Both the position numbers and the translations under genes were made by a program. DNA of 64,000 bases from Vulcanimicrobiota bacterium (lineage in GTDB: Bacteria; Vulcanimicrobiota; Vulcanimicrobiia; Vulcanimicrobiales; Vulcanimicrobiaceae). The notes below the pieces were generated by a model. That model worked only from the letters and a program-made list of their open reading frames with translations. It made no database searches and was not told the DNA's origin. Every line of letters starts with the position of its first letter. Within the stretch, counting starts at the first letter, position 1. Location of the stretch: NCBI GenBank assembly GCA_003135555.1, contig PLCF01000027.1:6116-70115 (forward strand). Reading direction: 5' to 3'. Shown piece after piece: positions 51,635 to 61,249 of the stretch.

Positions 51635-52111
51635 TTAGGCGACGGCGGCGTGCTCTAAGTCGATCACGTCGAGGTCGCGCTTCTCGGCGCCGGTGACGAT
51701 CTTGCCGAGGTCGAGCAGGATGATGAGCCGTTCGTCGAGCTTGCCGACGCCGCGGATGTACTCGGTGTCGACGCCGGAGATCATGTCGGGTGCCTCTTCG
51801 ATCTGCTCGAGCGGCAGCCGCAGCACTTCGGAAACCGAGTCGACGACCATGCCGATGCGCTTGGTCCCGATCTCGGTCACGACGATGCGCGTGTTCTTGC
51901 TGTGCTCGGCACGTTCCATTCCGAAGCGCGTGCGCAGGTCGATGATCGGGATGAGCTGACCGCGCAGGTTGATCACGCCTTCCATGAACTGCGGCGCGCG
52001 CGGGACGTGGGTCACCGCGACCATGCGATTGATCTCTTGGACCTGTCCGATGTCGACCCCGTATTCCTCGGAGCCGAGCTTGAACGAAACGACTTGGATG
52101 CTGTCGGTCAT
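51635..52111 (-). CDS. cheW: Chemotaxis coupling protein CheW
   Basis: 'F.LGSEEYG', 'GVINLRGQLIPIIDL', 'VDSVSEV'. Confidence 0.95.
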   Translation of the reverse strand: MTDSIQVVSFKLGSEEYGVDIGQVQEINRMVAVTHVPRAPQFMEGVINLRGQLIPIIDLRTRFGMERAEHSKNTRIVVTEIGTKRIGMVVDSVSEVLRLPLEQIEEAPDMISGVDTEYIRGVGKLDERLIILLDLGKIVTGAEKRDLDVIDLEHAAVA

Positions 52112-52117
52112 CGGTAA

Positions 52118-54112
52118 TTAAACTCCGGAGAATTCGGCGCGCGCGGCTCGCCCGTTGCCGTACGCGCCTGCGACGAGTGAATGGACGTCGATGATGAGCG
52201 AGATCGAACCATTGCCCAGGATCGTCGCACCCGAGATCCCGGCGATCCGACCGATCACGTCGGAGAGCGGCTTAATGACGATCTCTTGCTCGCCTTGGAA
52301 CGAGTCGACGACGAGGCCGACCTGGCGGCCCTGCAGGCCGACGATGACGATCATGACCTTGTCGGGGTCGCGGGGCGCCTCGAGCCGAAAGAATTCGCCG
52401 ACCCGGATCAGCGGAACGACCTGGCCGCGCAGCGTGATGACCTCGCCGCCGTGGACGGTGCGCACCTCGCCGGCATCGATGCGCTGCGACTCGATCACCG
52501 CGTCGAGCGGTATCGAGTAGAGCTCGTCGGCGACGCGCACGAGCAACGCCTGGATGATCGCCAGCGTGAGCGGCAGCTTGATGGTGAAGGTCGTGCCTTC
52601 GCCCGGAACCGTGTCGACATCGAAGACGCCCTTGAGCCGCAGCACGTTCTTCTTCACCACGTCCATCCCGACGCCGCGGCCCGAGACGTCGGTGACTTCG
52701 TTGGCGGTCGAGAAGCCCGGGCTGAAGATCAGCTCCACGATCTCGCGGTCGCTTAGGCGGTCGTCCTCGGCGATCAGCCCCATGCGCACGCCGCGCTCGC
52801 GCACGCGCGCGAGATCGATCCCCGCACCGTCGTCGGAGATCTCGACGATGACTTGATTGCCCTCGTGATAGGCGTTGAGCCGAATCGTACCGTAGCTCGG
52901 CTTGCCGCGCGACTCGCGCACCTCGGGCGACTCGATCCCGTGGTCGATGCAGTTGCGCACGAGGTGCATGAGCGGCTCGCCGACCTCGTCGACGATGGTC
53001 TTGTCGAGGTCGGTCTCGGCGCCGGCGATCTCGAGGCGGATCTCCTTCGCGCGTGCCTTGGCGAGGTCGCGGACCATGCGCGGAAAGCGGTCGAAGACCT
53101 GTCCGATCGGCACCATGCGGACCTTCATGATGCTCTCTTGGATCTCGTTGGTCGTACGCGCCAGCAGGGTCGACGATTCCGACAGGTCCTTCGCCAGCGC
53201 TATCAATCCGTTTTCGGCGCGACCGCCGGCGGCGAGCTCGCGGCCCAGCGTCGCGGCGATGTCGGAGATGCGCGTGCGGTTGATCACCAGCTCGCCGACC
53301 AGGTTGAGCAGCATGTCGAGCCGCTCGATGTCGACGCGAATGGTCTGGTTCTTGAGCCCGGCCCGTTTCTGGGCGGGCGCCGGCGCCGCGGCCGCCGCGC
53401 CGGGGAACTTCAACGGCGCGGGCAGTTCGGGTCCGGACGAGTGGCCCAGCGGTACGCCGAAAAAGAGCGCGTCGACGGCGGCTTGCGCCGACAGCGCGTC
53501 CGGCGCCGGCGCGGGCGCGGGTTCCGCTACCGCCGCGGCGGGAGCGGGCTCGGCGTCGCCGGCGTGGGCCTGCGCTTCGGCCAGCAGCCGTTCCACCTCG
53601 GCCTGAAACGCGGCGACCTGCGCGTCGTCGAGCGGGCCGAGGTCCTCGGTATCGTCGTGCTCGCCACGCGGTCCTTCGATCGCTTGCGCGGTTGAGTCGT
53701 AGACGGCCGCGAAGGCGTCGAGCCGCGCGACGTACTCGTCGACACCCTCGGGCGTCTCACCATCGGAGACCGCGGCGCGCACCAGCGCGGTGAGGACGTC
53801 GCGCCCTTCGAAGAGCAAGTTGACGCCGCCCTCGGTGAGCGGCATGCGGTCCTTGCGCAGCAGATCGTAGACGTTCTCGAGCTTGTGCGCGACCTGCTGG
53901 ACCGCTGCGAACTCCAGCATCCCGGCGCTGCCCTTGATGGTGTGCAGCGCGCGAAAGAGCGAGTTGACGATCTCGCCGTCGATCGTTGCCGTATCGGCGT
54001 ATTGTTCGAGCCGCAGCAGATCGGCGTCGATCGCCTGCAGCAGCTCGTCGGTCTCGTCGCGGAAGTACTGAACGAACTCGGTGCGGTCGAAAAAGTGATC
54101 GGAGGGGTGCAC
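52118..54112 (-). CDS. cheA: Chemotaxis histidine kinase CheA
   Basis: Hpt 'FRALHTIKG', 'LLNLVGELVI', 'HLVRNCIDHGIE', 'SGRGVGMDVV', C-terminal CheW domain. Confidence 0.96.
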   Translation of the reverse strand: MHPSDHFFDRTEFVQYFRDETDELLQAIDADLLRLEQYADTATIDGEIVNSLFRALHTIKGSAGMLEFAAVQQVAHKLENVYDLLRKDRMPLTEGGVNLLFEGRDVLTALVRAAVSDGETPEGVDEYVARLDAFAAVYDSTAQAIEGPRGEHDDTEDLGPLDDAQVAAFQAEVERLLAEAQAHAGDAEPAPAAAVAEPAPAPAPDALSAQAAVDALFFGVPLGHSSGPELPAPLKFPGAAAAAPAPAQKRAGLKNQTIRVDIERLDMLLNLVGELVINRTRISDIAATLGRELAAGGRAENGLIALAKDLSESSTLLARTTNEIQESIMKVRMVPIGQVFDRFPRMVRDLAKARAKEIRLEIAGAETDLDKTIVDEVGEPLMHLVRNCIDHGIESPEVRESRGKPSYGTIRLNAYHEGNQVIVEISDDGAGIDLARVRERGVRMGLIAEDDRLSDREIVELIFSPGFSTANEVTDVSGRGVGMDVVKKNVLRLKGVFDVDTVPGEGTTFTIKLPLTLAIIQALLVRVADELYSIPLDAVIESQRIDAGEVRTVHGGEVITLRGQVVPLIRVGEFFRLEAPRDPDKVMIVIVGLQGRQVGLVVDSFQGEQEIVIKPLSDVIGRIAGISGATILGNGSISLIIDVHSLVAGAYGNGRAARAEFSGV

Positions 54113-54135
54113 CGCGCGAAGCCGCCCGCGACGCC

Positions 54136-54744
54136 TTAGTTGTCGACGCCGAAGACGGACAGCAGTGGCTGCAGCGAGCCCGTCTCGGGGATGAGGATGA
54201 ACTGGCCGGAAACCGCCTTGTCCTTGTCGAGGAACTGCGACTCGATCAGGAAGACGTCCTGATCGGGCAGGATCGACATCAGGGTGCGAAACGCGGCCTG
54301 GATCGTGCCGTACGAGAGCGTCGGGACCGACGGGAGCAGGTTTATCCCGGTCAGCGAGATCAGCGCCGTGAGGTAGGAGCCGGCGATGATGTTGCCCAGC
54401 TCCTTGAGCGTCGAGTCGACGATCGAGTCGAAGATCTGGATGTCGCCGATGATGCGCTTGATGAAGACGTTGACGAACTCGGCGGCTTGCTCGCGGTCGA
54501 ACAGCACGACCATCTGTCCCGGCGCCTCGCCGCGCACGTACATGTGCAAGGCGGCGACGCTGCGTTCGGGGGAGCCGATCCGGTTGGAGAGGTCGCGAAA
54601 CTTGAGCACGTCGATGCGCGGCTCGGAGAGCTTCACGGTGGTGTTGAGCAACTGCGACAGCGCGGTCGCCGCGTGGCCTGCCCCGATGTTGCCGACCTCC
54701 TTGAGCGCGTCGCGCTGGAGGTCGTTGAGCTGGAGGGTCGGCAT
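54136..54744 (-). CDS. cheC: CheY-P phosphatase CheC
   Basis: 'DALKEVGNIGAGHAATALS', 'LKELGNII.GSYL'. Confidence 0.93.
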   Translation of the reverse strand: MPTLQLNDLQRDALKEVGNIGAGHAATALSQLLNTTVKLSEPRIDVLKFRDLSNRIGSPERSVAALHMYVRGEAPGQMVVLFDREQAAEFVNVFIKRIIGDIQIFDSIVDSTLKELGNIIAGSYLTALISLTGINLLPSVPTLSYGTIQAAFRTLMSILPDQDVFLIESQFLDKDKAVSGQFILIPETGSLQPLLSVFGVDN

Positions 54745-55109
54745 CAGGCGAGCACCTTTTGGATCGTCTCGAGGATCTTCGGCGGCTGGAAGGGCTTGGT
54801 GATGAACGATTTCGCGCCGGCCTGAATCGCCTCGACCACCAGCGCCTGCTGGCCCATCGACGTGCACATGATGATGCGCGCGTTGGGGTCGCCCGCCACG
54901 ATCTGCTTGACCGCCGCGATCCCGTCCATCTCGGGCATCACCATGTCCATCGTGACCAAGTCGGGCGTCAGCGCGCGGTACTTTTCGACCGCCTCGACCC
55001 CGTCTTGCGCCTCGCCGACCACCTCGTAGCCGTTCTTGGTCAGAATACCCTTGATCATCATTCGCATGACGACGGCGTCATCGACGATCAGAACTCGTTT
55101 CGCGCTCAT
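54744..55109 (-). CDS. cheY: Chemotaxis response regulator CheY
   Basis: 'VDDA..MRMMIK', 'PDLVTMD', 'SMGQQ', 'KPFQP'. Confidence 0.93.
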   Translation of the reverse strand: MSAKRVLIVDDAVVMRMMIKGILTKNGYEVVGEAQDGVEAVEKYRALTPDLVTMDMVMPEMDGIAAVKQIVAGDPNARIIMCTSMGQQALVVEAIQAGAKSFITKPFQPPKILETIQKVLA

Positions 55110-55125
55110 CGGATTGCGGTGCTCC

Positions 55126-55803
55126 TCAGGCCAAGCCGCGGTTTCGCCGTTCGGCTTGCCGCTTGTTGATGAATTCCATGATCGCTCGGTCTTCGTCGGG
55201 TTTCAGACCGTGAAACCTTAGCCCGAGCGAGCTCTTCTTGGTGCCCTCGATCCCGGCGCTGCGTTTGACCTCACCCAGGATCACCAGCGGCGCGGCGGCG
55301 GTACTGACCGCGAACCGCACCTCGACGTAGGTCTCCTTGCGCACCTCGCGGTCGACGATCAACGAGGCACCCGAGCGGCTGATGTCGGTCAATGAGGCCC
55401 GCACGTAGTCGCCCGTCCCCCGGCCGGCCGGCGCGAAGCGCCACTGCGCGGGGACGGTCGCGTCGAGCCGCACGGCCGCGCGCTGCTTGGCGCCCTCGAA
55501 GAGTTGCAGCGTCTCGACCCGCTCGGGCAGCGCGAACACCGCCGCGCTGCCCCGCACCCCGGCGCACTTGGCCGAGAAGCGGAACTTGCCCGAGAGATTC
55601 TGATAGACGAACACCGCGGTCCCGCCGACGCTCATCCCCGGCAACGCCGTGACGGCGACGCTGCGGTCGTTGAGCCCCTCCACGCAGACCGAACCCTTGG
55701 GGCCGCCGTTGGTCATCGCCAGGTCGACGAAACTGTTGGGCTGCGGCAGCTTGACCTTGAGGTCGCTCGCGCGGGGCTTGGCCCCGAATCCGAACAGGCG
55801 CAT
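55126..55803 (-). CDS. PilZ-domain c-di-GMP receptor (flagellar-brake-like)
   Basis: RxxxR 'QRAAVR' and DxSxxG 'DISRSG'. Confidence 0.8.
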   Translation of the reverse strand: MRLFGFGAKPRASDLKVKLPQPNSFVDLAMTNGGPKGSVCVEGLNDRSVAVTALPGMSVGGTAVFVYQNLSGKFRFSAKCAGVRGSAAVFALPERVETLQLFEGAKQRAAVRLDATVPAQWRFAPAGRGTGDYVRASLTDISRSGASLIVDREVRKETYVEVRFAVSTAAAPLVILGEVKRSAGIEGTKKSSLGLRFHGLKPDEDRAIMEFINKRQAERRNRGLA

Positions 55804-55806
55804 CGC

Positions 55807-57933
55807 TTACGCCACCGCTCCGACCGGCTCGAGCGCTTCCTCGGTGGTGGAGACTTGCCCGATCGACTCGACGCGCAGCCCGGGGGCGATCTCGCTGTAC
55901 GAGAGCACCACGAGCGACGGCGCCGCGCGTTCGGTGAGCCGTTTGAGGGCCAGCCGGGTCGCGGGCGAGGTCAGCACGATCGGCTGCAAGCCGGTCTGCT
56001 GCGCGTCGCTGATGCGCTTGGTGAGCGAGGCGTAGATCTTGGCCACCGTGCCGGGGTCGAGCAGCGCATAGGCGTCTTCGCCGCGCCGCACCGCTTCGCC
56101 GAGCAGCGACTCGAGCCGCGGGTCGACCGTGATGACCGAGAGCAGCCCGTTCTCGGCGTACTCGGCGCAGATGTGGCGGTTCATCGCCGCGCGCACGCGC
56201 TCGGTGAGGTAGTCGATGTCCTTGGAGGCGCGCGCTCCGTCGGCGAGATTCTCCAGGATCAGCAGCAGGTTGCGAATCGGGATGCGCTCGCGCAGCAGGT
56301 TCTGCAGCACGCGCTGCACCTCGCCGACCGTGAGCAGGTTGGGGATGAGCTCGTCGACGACGACGGGGTAGTGCTGCTTGACGTTGTCGAGCAGCGCCGA
56401 GGTCTCCTGACGCCCCAGCAGCTCGGGGGCGTGCGTCTTGATGATCTCGGTGAGGTGCGTCGCGATCACCGAGGTCGGATCGATCACGGTGTAACCCGCC
56501 ATCTCCGCATCGCCGCGGGCGCTCTCGGCGACCCACAGCGCGGGCAAACCGAACGCCGGTTCCGTCGTCGGTATCCCGTCGACCGTACCGCTGGCCGTGC
56601 CCGGGTTCATCGCGAGCAGCCGCGAGACCATCACCTCGGCGCGCGCCACTTCGAGCCCGTAGATCTTCACCAAGTAGGTCGACGGTTTGAGCTGCAAGTT
56701 GTCGCGCACGCGGATCGGCGGAACGACGATGCCGAGCTCGCGCGCGGCGTGGCGGCGGATCATGGTGATGCGCTCGAGCAGGTCGCCGCCCTGCGACACG
56801 TCGACGAGCGGGATCAGGCCGAAGCCGATCTCCAGCTCCATCGGATCGTAGGAAAGCAGCGGCACGACGGATTCCGCCGGCTTGACCGCCTGCGCGGCAC
56901 CCGCCGCTCCCGGTGCGCCCGCGCCCCGCGCTCCGGAGCCCGGCTTCATCGCCGCAGCCTTGGCCGCACCGCGGCCGCGCAGCCACAGCGCGAGCACGAT
57001 CGCCGCCATGATGAACATGAACAGCGGCGGCAGGCCGAACAGGCCGAACAGCAGCAGCAGCACGCCGGCGATGAGCAGCGCGCGCGGCTCCTGGACCAGC
57101 TGGCGCGAAAGGTCGTGGCCGAAGGAGCCTTCGGAGGCCGCGCGGGTCACGATGATGCCCGTCGCGGTGGAGATCAGCAGCGCCGGGATCTGGGTGACGA
57201 TCCCTTCGCCGATCGTCAGCAGGGTGAAGCGCTGCAGCGCTTCCATCAACGGCAGCTTGAGCTGCGCCATCCCGACGACGAAGCCGCCGATGATGTTGAC
57301 GAAGACGATGATGACCGCGGCGACCGCGTCACCGCGAACGAACTTGGACGCGCCGTCCATCGCACCGTAGAAGTCGGCCGCGCGCTGGATGTCCTTGCGG
57401 CGCTGACGCGCCTCGGACTCGGTGATGAGCCCGGCGTTGAGGTCGGCGTCGACGGCGAGCTGCTTGCCGGGCATCGCGTCGAGGGTGAACCGCGCCGCGA
57501 CCTCGGCGACGCGGCCCGCGCCGTTGGTGATGACGACGAACTGGATGACGATGAGGATCGCGAAGATCACGATCCCGACCGCGTAGTTGCCGCCGACGAC
57601 GACGTTTCCGAACGCTTCGATCACTTGGCCGGCGTAGCCGTGCAGCAAGATCGACCGCGTTCCGGTGATGTTGAGCGAGAGCCGGAACAGCGTCACGATC
57701 AACAGCAGCGTCGGAAAGACGCTAAACGCCAGCGCGTTCTCGGTGTAGAGCGTGACCAGCAGAATGATCAGCGCGATCGTGATGTTCGCCGACAGCAACA
57801 GGTCGAGCACCCACGGCGGTACCGGGACGATCATCAAGATCACGAGCACGACCGAAGCCGCGGCCACCCACGCATGGGAGGTCGAGGCCAGGCGGTCTAG
57901 CAGGCTGGGACGCGCAGGGGCGGCCGTTGCCAC
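55807..57933 (-). CDS. flhA: Flagellar export protein FlhA
   Basis: 'FPTLLL', 'RVAEVAARFTLDAMPGKQ', 'DFYGAMDGASKFVRGD', 'EPAFGLPALW'. Confidence 0.96.
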   Translation of the reverse strand: MATAAPARPSLLDRLASTSHAWVAAASVVLVILMIVPVPPWVLDLLLSANITIALIILLVTLYTENALAFSVFPTLLLIVTLFRLSLNITGTRSILLHGYAGQVIEAFGNVVVGGNYAVGIVIFAILIVIQFVVITNGAGRVAEVAARFTLDAMPGKQLAVDADLNAGLITESEARQRRKDIQRAADFYGAMDGASKFVRGDAVAAVIIVFVNIIGGFVVGMAQLKLPLMEALQRFTLLTIGEGIVTQIPALLISTATGIIVTRAASEGSFGHDLSRQLVQEPRALLIAGVLLLLFGLFGLPPLFMFIMAAIVLALWLRGRGAAKAAAMKPGSGARGAGAPGAAGAAQAVKPAESVVPLLSYDPMELEIGFGLIPLVDVSQGGDLLERITMIRRHAARELGIVVPPIRVRDNLQLKPSTYLVKIYGLEVARAEVMVSRLLAMNPGTASGTVDGIPTTEPAFGLPALWVAESARGDAEMAGYTVIDPTSVIATHLTEIIKTHAPELLGRQETSALLDNVKQHYPVVVDELIPNLLTVGEVQRVLQNLLRERIPIRNLLLILENLADGARASKDIDYLTERVRAAMNRHICAEYAENGLLSVITVDPRLESLLGEAVRRGEDAYALLDPGTVAKIYASLTKRISDAQQTGLQPIVLTSPATRLALKRLTERAAPSLVVLSYSEIAPGLRVESIGQVSTTEEALEPVGAVA

Positions 57934-58013
57934 TAGGTGACGGACTCCACGTTAGAATAATCATCGGCCGAAGCGGCCGACGCCGTGAGGACCGCTAAGC
58001 CGTCAGAACCCCG

Positions 58014-58529
58014 TCAGGTCGGGCTCGGGCACGGCACCGGCCGCCCGTTGGTCGAGATCAGACACGCGGACTGCGAAGGCCCCGGCGACGGTACGGGCGT
58101 CGGTGTCGGGCACGGGGCGGATACGCCGTTCATGCCCAGCATGCAGACGGGGACCGAGGACGGCACGGGCCCTTCGGGGACCACGGTGGGGCACGGTACG
58201 GGGCTGCCGTTGGGACCGCTGACGAGGCACCCGCTCTGCGAGGGTCCGGGGCTCACCGTCGGCTGCGGCGAGCACGGAACGGGGCCGTTGGGCCCGGAGA
58301 CGACGCAGCCGCTCTGGACGGGGCCGGGCGACGTGCTCGGCTTCGGCGTCGGGCACGGCGCCGGTGAACCGTTCGTCGCAATCAGGCAGCTCGGCGACGG
58401 CGACGGCGACGGCAGCCTGATGGTGAGCGGACCGTTGCGGCTCGAGCTCGACGGCACCAGCGATCCGCCGCCGCCCGCGCAGGCGACGACCAGAATCAGC
58501 GTACCGACCAGAAGCCCGATCCTCAGCAT
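58014..58529 (-). CDS. Pro/Ser-rich lipoprotein with five Cys-x10/11-Cys repeats
   Basis: GAGG RBS, lipobox VVAC-AGGGG, repeats C..(S/T/M/P)NG..(A/V)PC. Confidence 0.7.
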   Translation of the reverse strand: MLRIGLLVGTLILVVACAGGGGSLVPSSSSRNGPLTIRLPSPSPSPSCLIATNGSPAPCPTPKPSTSPGPVQSGCVVSGPNGPVPCSPQPTVSPGPSQSGCLVSGPNGSPVPCPTVVPEGPVPSSVPVCMLGMNGVSAPCPTPTPVPSPGPSQSACLISTNGRPVPCPSPT

Positions 58530-58772
58530 ACTGCCCTCACGGCGGGAAAACACCGAGACCAACGGCCACAGCCTTTCCCACGTTGGATTCGTCTGCCGAG
58601 CGTCCTTCAACGAATCCCCGGACGGCCGCAAAATGTACCGTGCTAGAGAGGGGTAGGTCGGACGACTAGGCATCATTGAGACGGAAGCCTGTGGTCGCAC
58701 CTACAGCGGGGGGGGAAGCTTCGAGGACATGCACTTCGGCCGAAGCGGTGTTCGGTATTGCGAGGAGGTCCC

Positions 58773-60200
58773 GTGAGCCGTTGCCACCCTTTCCGCCGCT
58801 TTGCCGTCGCGTTTGCGCTCGCGACCGCCTCGGGTGTGCTGGCTTCGGTCGCGGCGGCGCCGGCCCAGACGGCCCCGCCGCCCCGCGAGTTCGGGCGCCC
58901 GCCGTCGGGTGAGATCCCGATTCTGTTCAACGACGAGCACGTCTATTCGAAGCCCGACGTGCTCCGAGCCGGACGCGTCCTGGCCGCGCTCGTCCGCAAC
59001 GGCGTCATCATGGTCCCGCTGCGCTCGATGTTCGAGCAGCTCGGCGCGACGGTCTCCTGGGACGAGGCGACGCGGACCGCGGACGTCTCCAAGCCCGGAT
59101 CGGACGTCAAGGTCACCCTCGGCAAGCCGGTGGTCGTCGTGAACGGCGAAGACCGGCCGCTCGACGTCGCGCCGATGGTCTACCGCGGGACGGTCGTCGT
59201 GCCGGTCCGGGTGATCTCGGAGGCGATGGGGGCGTACGTGCAGTGGATCCCCGAGCGGCGCGTCGTCGTCGTTCGCATGTTGAGCGCACCGCTACCGCCG
59301 CCGCCGGCCACGCCGGTCCCGACTCCGACGCCCTCGCCGGCGCCGCGGCCGACCCCGTTGCCGGTCGTCACTCCGAGCCCGACGCCGTCGCCGAGTCCGG
59401 TCCGGTCCGAAACGTTCGTTGCCGGCGACTACCTGTTCTCGCCCAAGGTCTACAACGAGATCAGCCCCGGAAATACCGCGACCGGCTCGTACGCGCTCCG
59501 CGGCGCGATCGAATTTCCGCTGGCCGGGCTGCCCTGGATGGTCGAAGGCGACTATCGCCACTATCAGTATCCGCACACCGCGCAACAGACCGTCTCCGCG
59601 TGCGCACCGGGGACGCCGGGCCTAACCGGGTGCGGCACCGTCGTCGGCAGCCAGGTCTACCAAACCGGCAACTGCCCGTCGACGACCGACCAGGGCTGCG
59701 TGACCGTCGTCGGCTTCCAGAACATCATCGCGTTCAACGGCCTCGGGCAGGCGTACGTCCCCGCGCTGAGCGCGCAGGAGAACGAAGGCGACGTCCACCT
59801 CGGCGTTAAGATCTTCGAGCCGCGCGTCTATCTGGGCGTCGGCTACCTGACGAAGTCGTACAACTATCTGGGGCTGCCGCGCCTGTCCGGGGTCGGTTTC
59901 GGCGCCACGAAGCTGCCCGATCTCGACCGCCCGTTTTCGGTCGAGGGGAGCGCGTGGTACTACCCGAGCATCTCCGGCAACTATACCTATCCGACCACGC
60001 CGCTGCTGGGGCCGCTCTCGGCCCAGACCATCCCGCTGTCGTACAGCTATTGGAAGTATCGCGCCGGGGCAACGGTTCAGCTCGGCTCCGCGGTGTTCGT
60101 CGATTTCGGGCTCGCCGGCGAACGCGCGAACGCGCGCACCAACGCTCCGTCCAACACCACCGTGAACGCGCCGTACGCCGGGCTCGGCATCCATTTCTAA
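58773..60200 (+). CDS. Copper amine oxidase N-terminal (stalk) domain protein with C-terminal predicted beta-barrel
   Basis: GAGGAGG RBS; signal peptide; 'MVPLRSMFEQLGATVSWD', 'VPVRVISEAMGA.V.W'; PT linker; amphipathic strands ending YAGLGIHF. Confidence 0.8.
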   Translation: MSRCHPFRRFAVAFALATASGVLASVAAAPAQTAPPPREFGRPPSGEIPILFNDEHVYSKPDVLRAGRVLAALVRNGVIMVPLRSMFEQLGATVSWDEATRTADVSKPGSDVKVTLGKPVVVVNGEDRPLDVAPMVYRGTVVVPVRVISEAMGAYVQWIPERRVVVVRMLSAPLPPPPATPVPTPTPSPAPRPTPLPVVTPSPTPSPSPVRSETFVAGDYLFSPKVYNEISPGNTATGSYALRGAIEFPLAGLPWMVEGDYRHYQYPHTAQQTVSACAPGTPGLTGCGTVVGSQVYQTGNCPSTTDQGCVTVVGFQNIIAFNGLGQAYVPALSAQENEGDVHLGVKIFEPRVYLGVGYLTKSYNYLGLPRLSGVGFGATKLPDLDRPFSVEGSAWYYPSISGNYTYPTTPLLGPLSAQTIPLSYSYWKYRAGATVQLGSAVFVDFGLAGERANARTNAPSNTTVNAPYAGLGIHF

Positions 60201-60237
60201 CGCACCCCGGCGCGCCGCTATCACAGAAAGGGCCACC

Positions 60238-61239
60238 ATGAGAGCCTTCCGTCTCGCCGCACCTCTCGCGTTGACGCTCGTGTTTGGTGCGTGCTCGGGC
60301 GGCGGCAGCAGCGGCGCGCCAGTGGCTCCTATTGCAGGCCCGCTTGTCCCCGGCAGCGCGACCTTTTCGCTCAGCGTCACCGTACCGAGCAAGCTCGTTA
60401 CGGCGTCGGCGCGTTCGCCGCAATACGTCAGCCCCGGCACTGCGGCGATCGCGGTGTACGACGGGTCGACCGCCATCTACGTCGGCAACTTCAACGCGGC
60501 CGCGAACCCGCAGTTCACGACCGTGTTCGCGAAGACCGGCACGACAAGCGTCACGGGTGGAACGTGCGTGCCGGCCGGTTCGGCGTCGACGTGCACGGTA
60601 ACGATCACGACCACGATCGGCGCGCACACGTTCGATGTGATCACATATCCGGTCTCGCAAGGCGTGGCGGCGCAGGCGAGCGGCCGCGCTCCGCTCGACA
60701 TCGGCACGCTGCCCACGTTCACCGGCGTGATCTTGGCCGAAGGGGAGCTCACGGTCACCTTGAGCCCGGGGACGAACACGGGCCAAACGATCACGTTGCT
60801 GGGCGTCGCCGACCACGGAAACCTCGTCGGCCCGACCCTGACCCAGCGCCTCAACGGCAACGGGGCGCTCGTCGGGGTGATCGGGACGACCTACACGTTC
60901 ACCTACAGCATCGCGGATTCGGGCAACTTCCAGATCGTCCAACCCGGCAACTACGACAACGGCCCGGTCACGATCGCCGAGACCGACGGCAACAACATCG
61001 TAACGATGACGCCGATCTCGCAGCCCGCGCCGCCGGCGGCCGCCGCTGCGCAGTCGTTCAACGTCGTCTGCGCGAACAACGGGACGGCGACGATCACCGC
61101 GGCGGCGCAGACCAAGCCGACCGCGACGTACGCCTCGGGGCTGACGTACTCGGCGAGCAACTACGCGCCCGCGACGATCGGTACGGCGACGCTGCAATGC
61201 GTGCCGAACTCCGCCACCCTCCCCGTCACCATCCAATAA
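60238..61239 (+). CDS. Beta-sandwich lipoprotein, cluster-2 paralog 1
   Basis: Lipobox FGAC-SGGG; 'ARSPQYVSPGT'; 'YDNGPVTI'; 'YASGLTYS..NY'. Confidence 0.8.
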   Translation: MRAFRLAAPLALTLVFGACSGGGSSGAPVAPIAGPLVPGSATFSLSVTVPSKLVTASARSPQYVSPGTAAIAVYDGSTAIYVGNFNAAANPQFTTVFAKTGTTSVTGGTCVPAGSASTCTVTITTTIGAHTFDVITYPVSQGVAAQASGRAPLDIGTLPTFTGVILAEGELTVTLSPGTNTGQTITLLGVADHGNLVGPTLTQRLNGNGALVGVIGTTYTFTYSIADSGNFQIVQPGNYDNGPVTIAETDGNNIVTMTPISQPAPPAAAAAQSFNVVCANNGTATITAAAQTKPTATYASGLTYSASNYAPATIGTATLQCVPNSATLPVTIQ

Positions 61240-61249
61240 AGGTCCGCCG

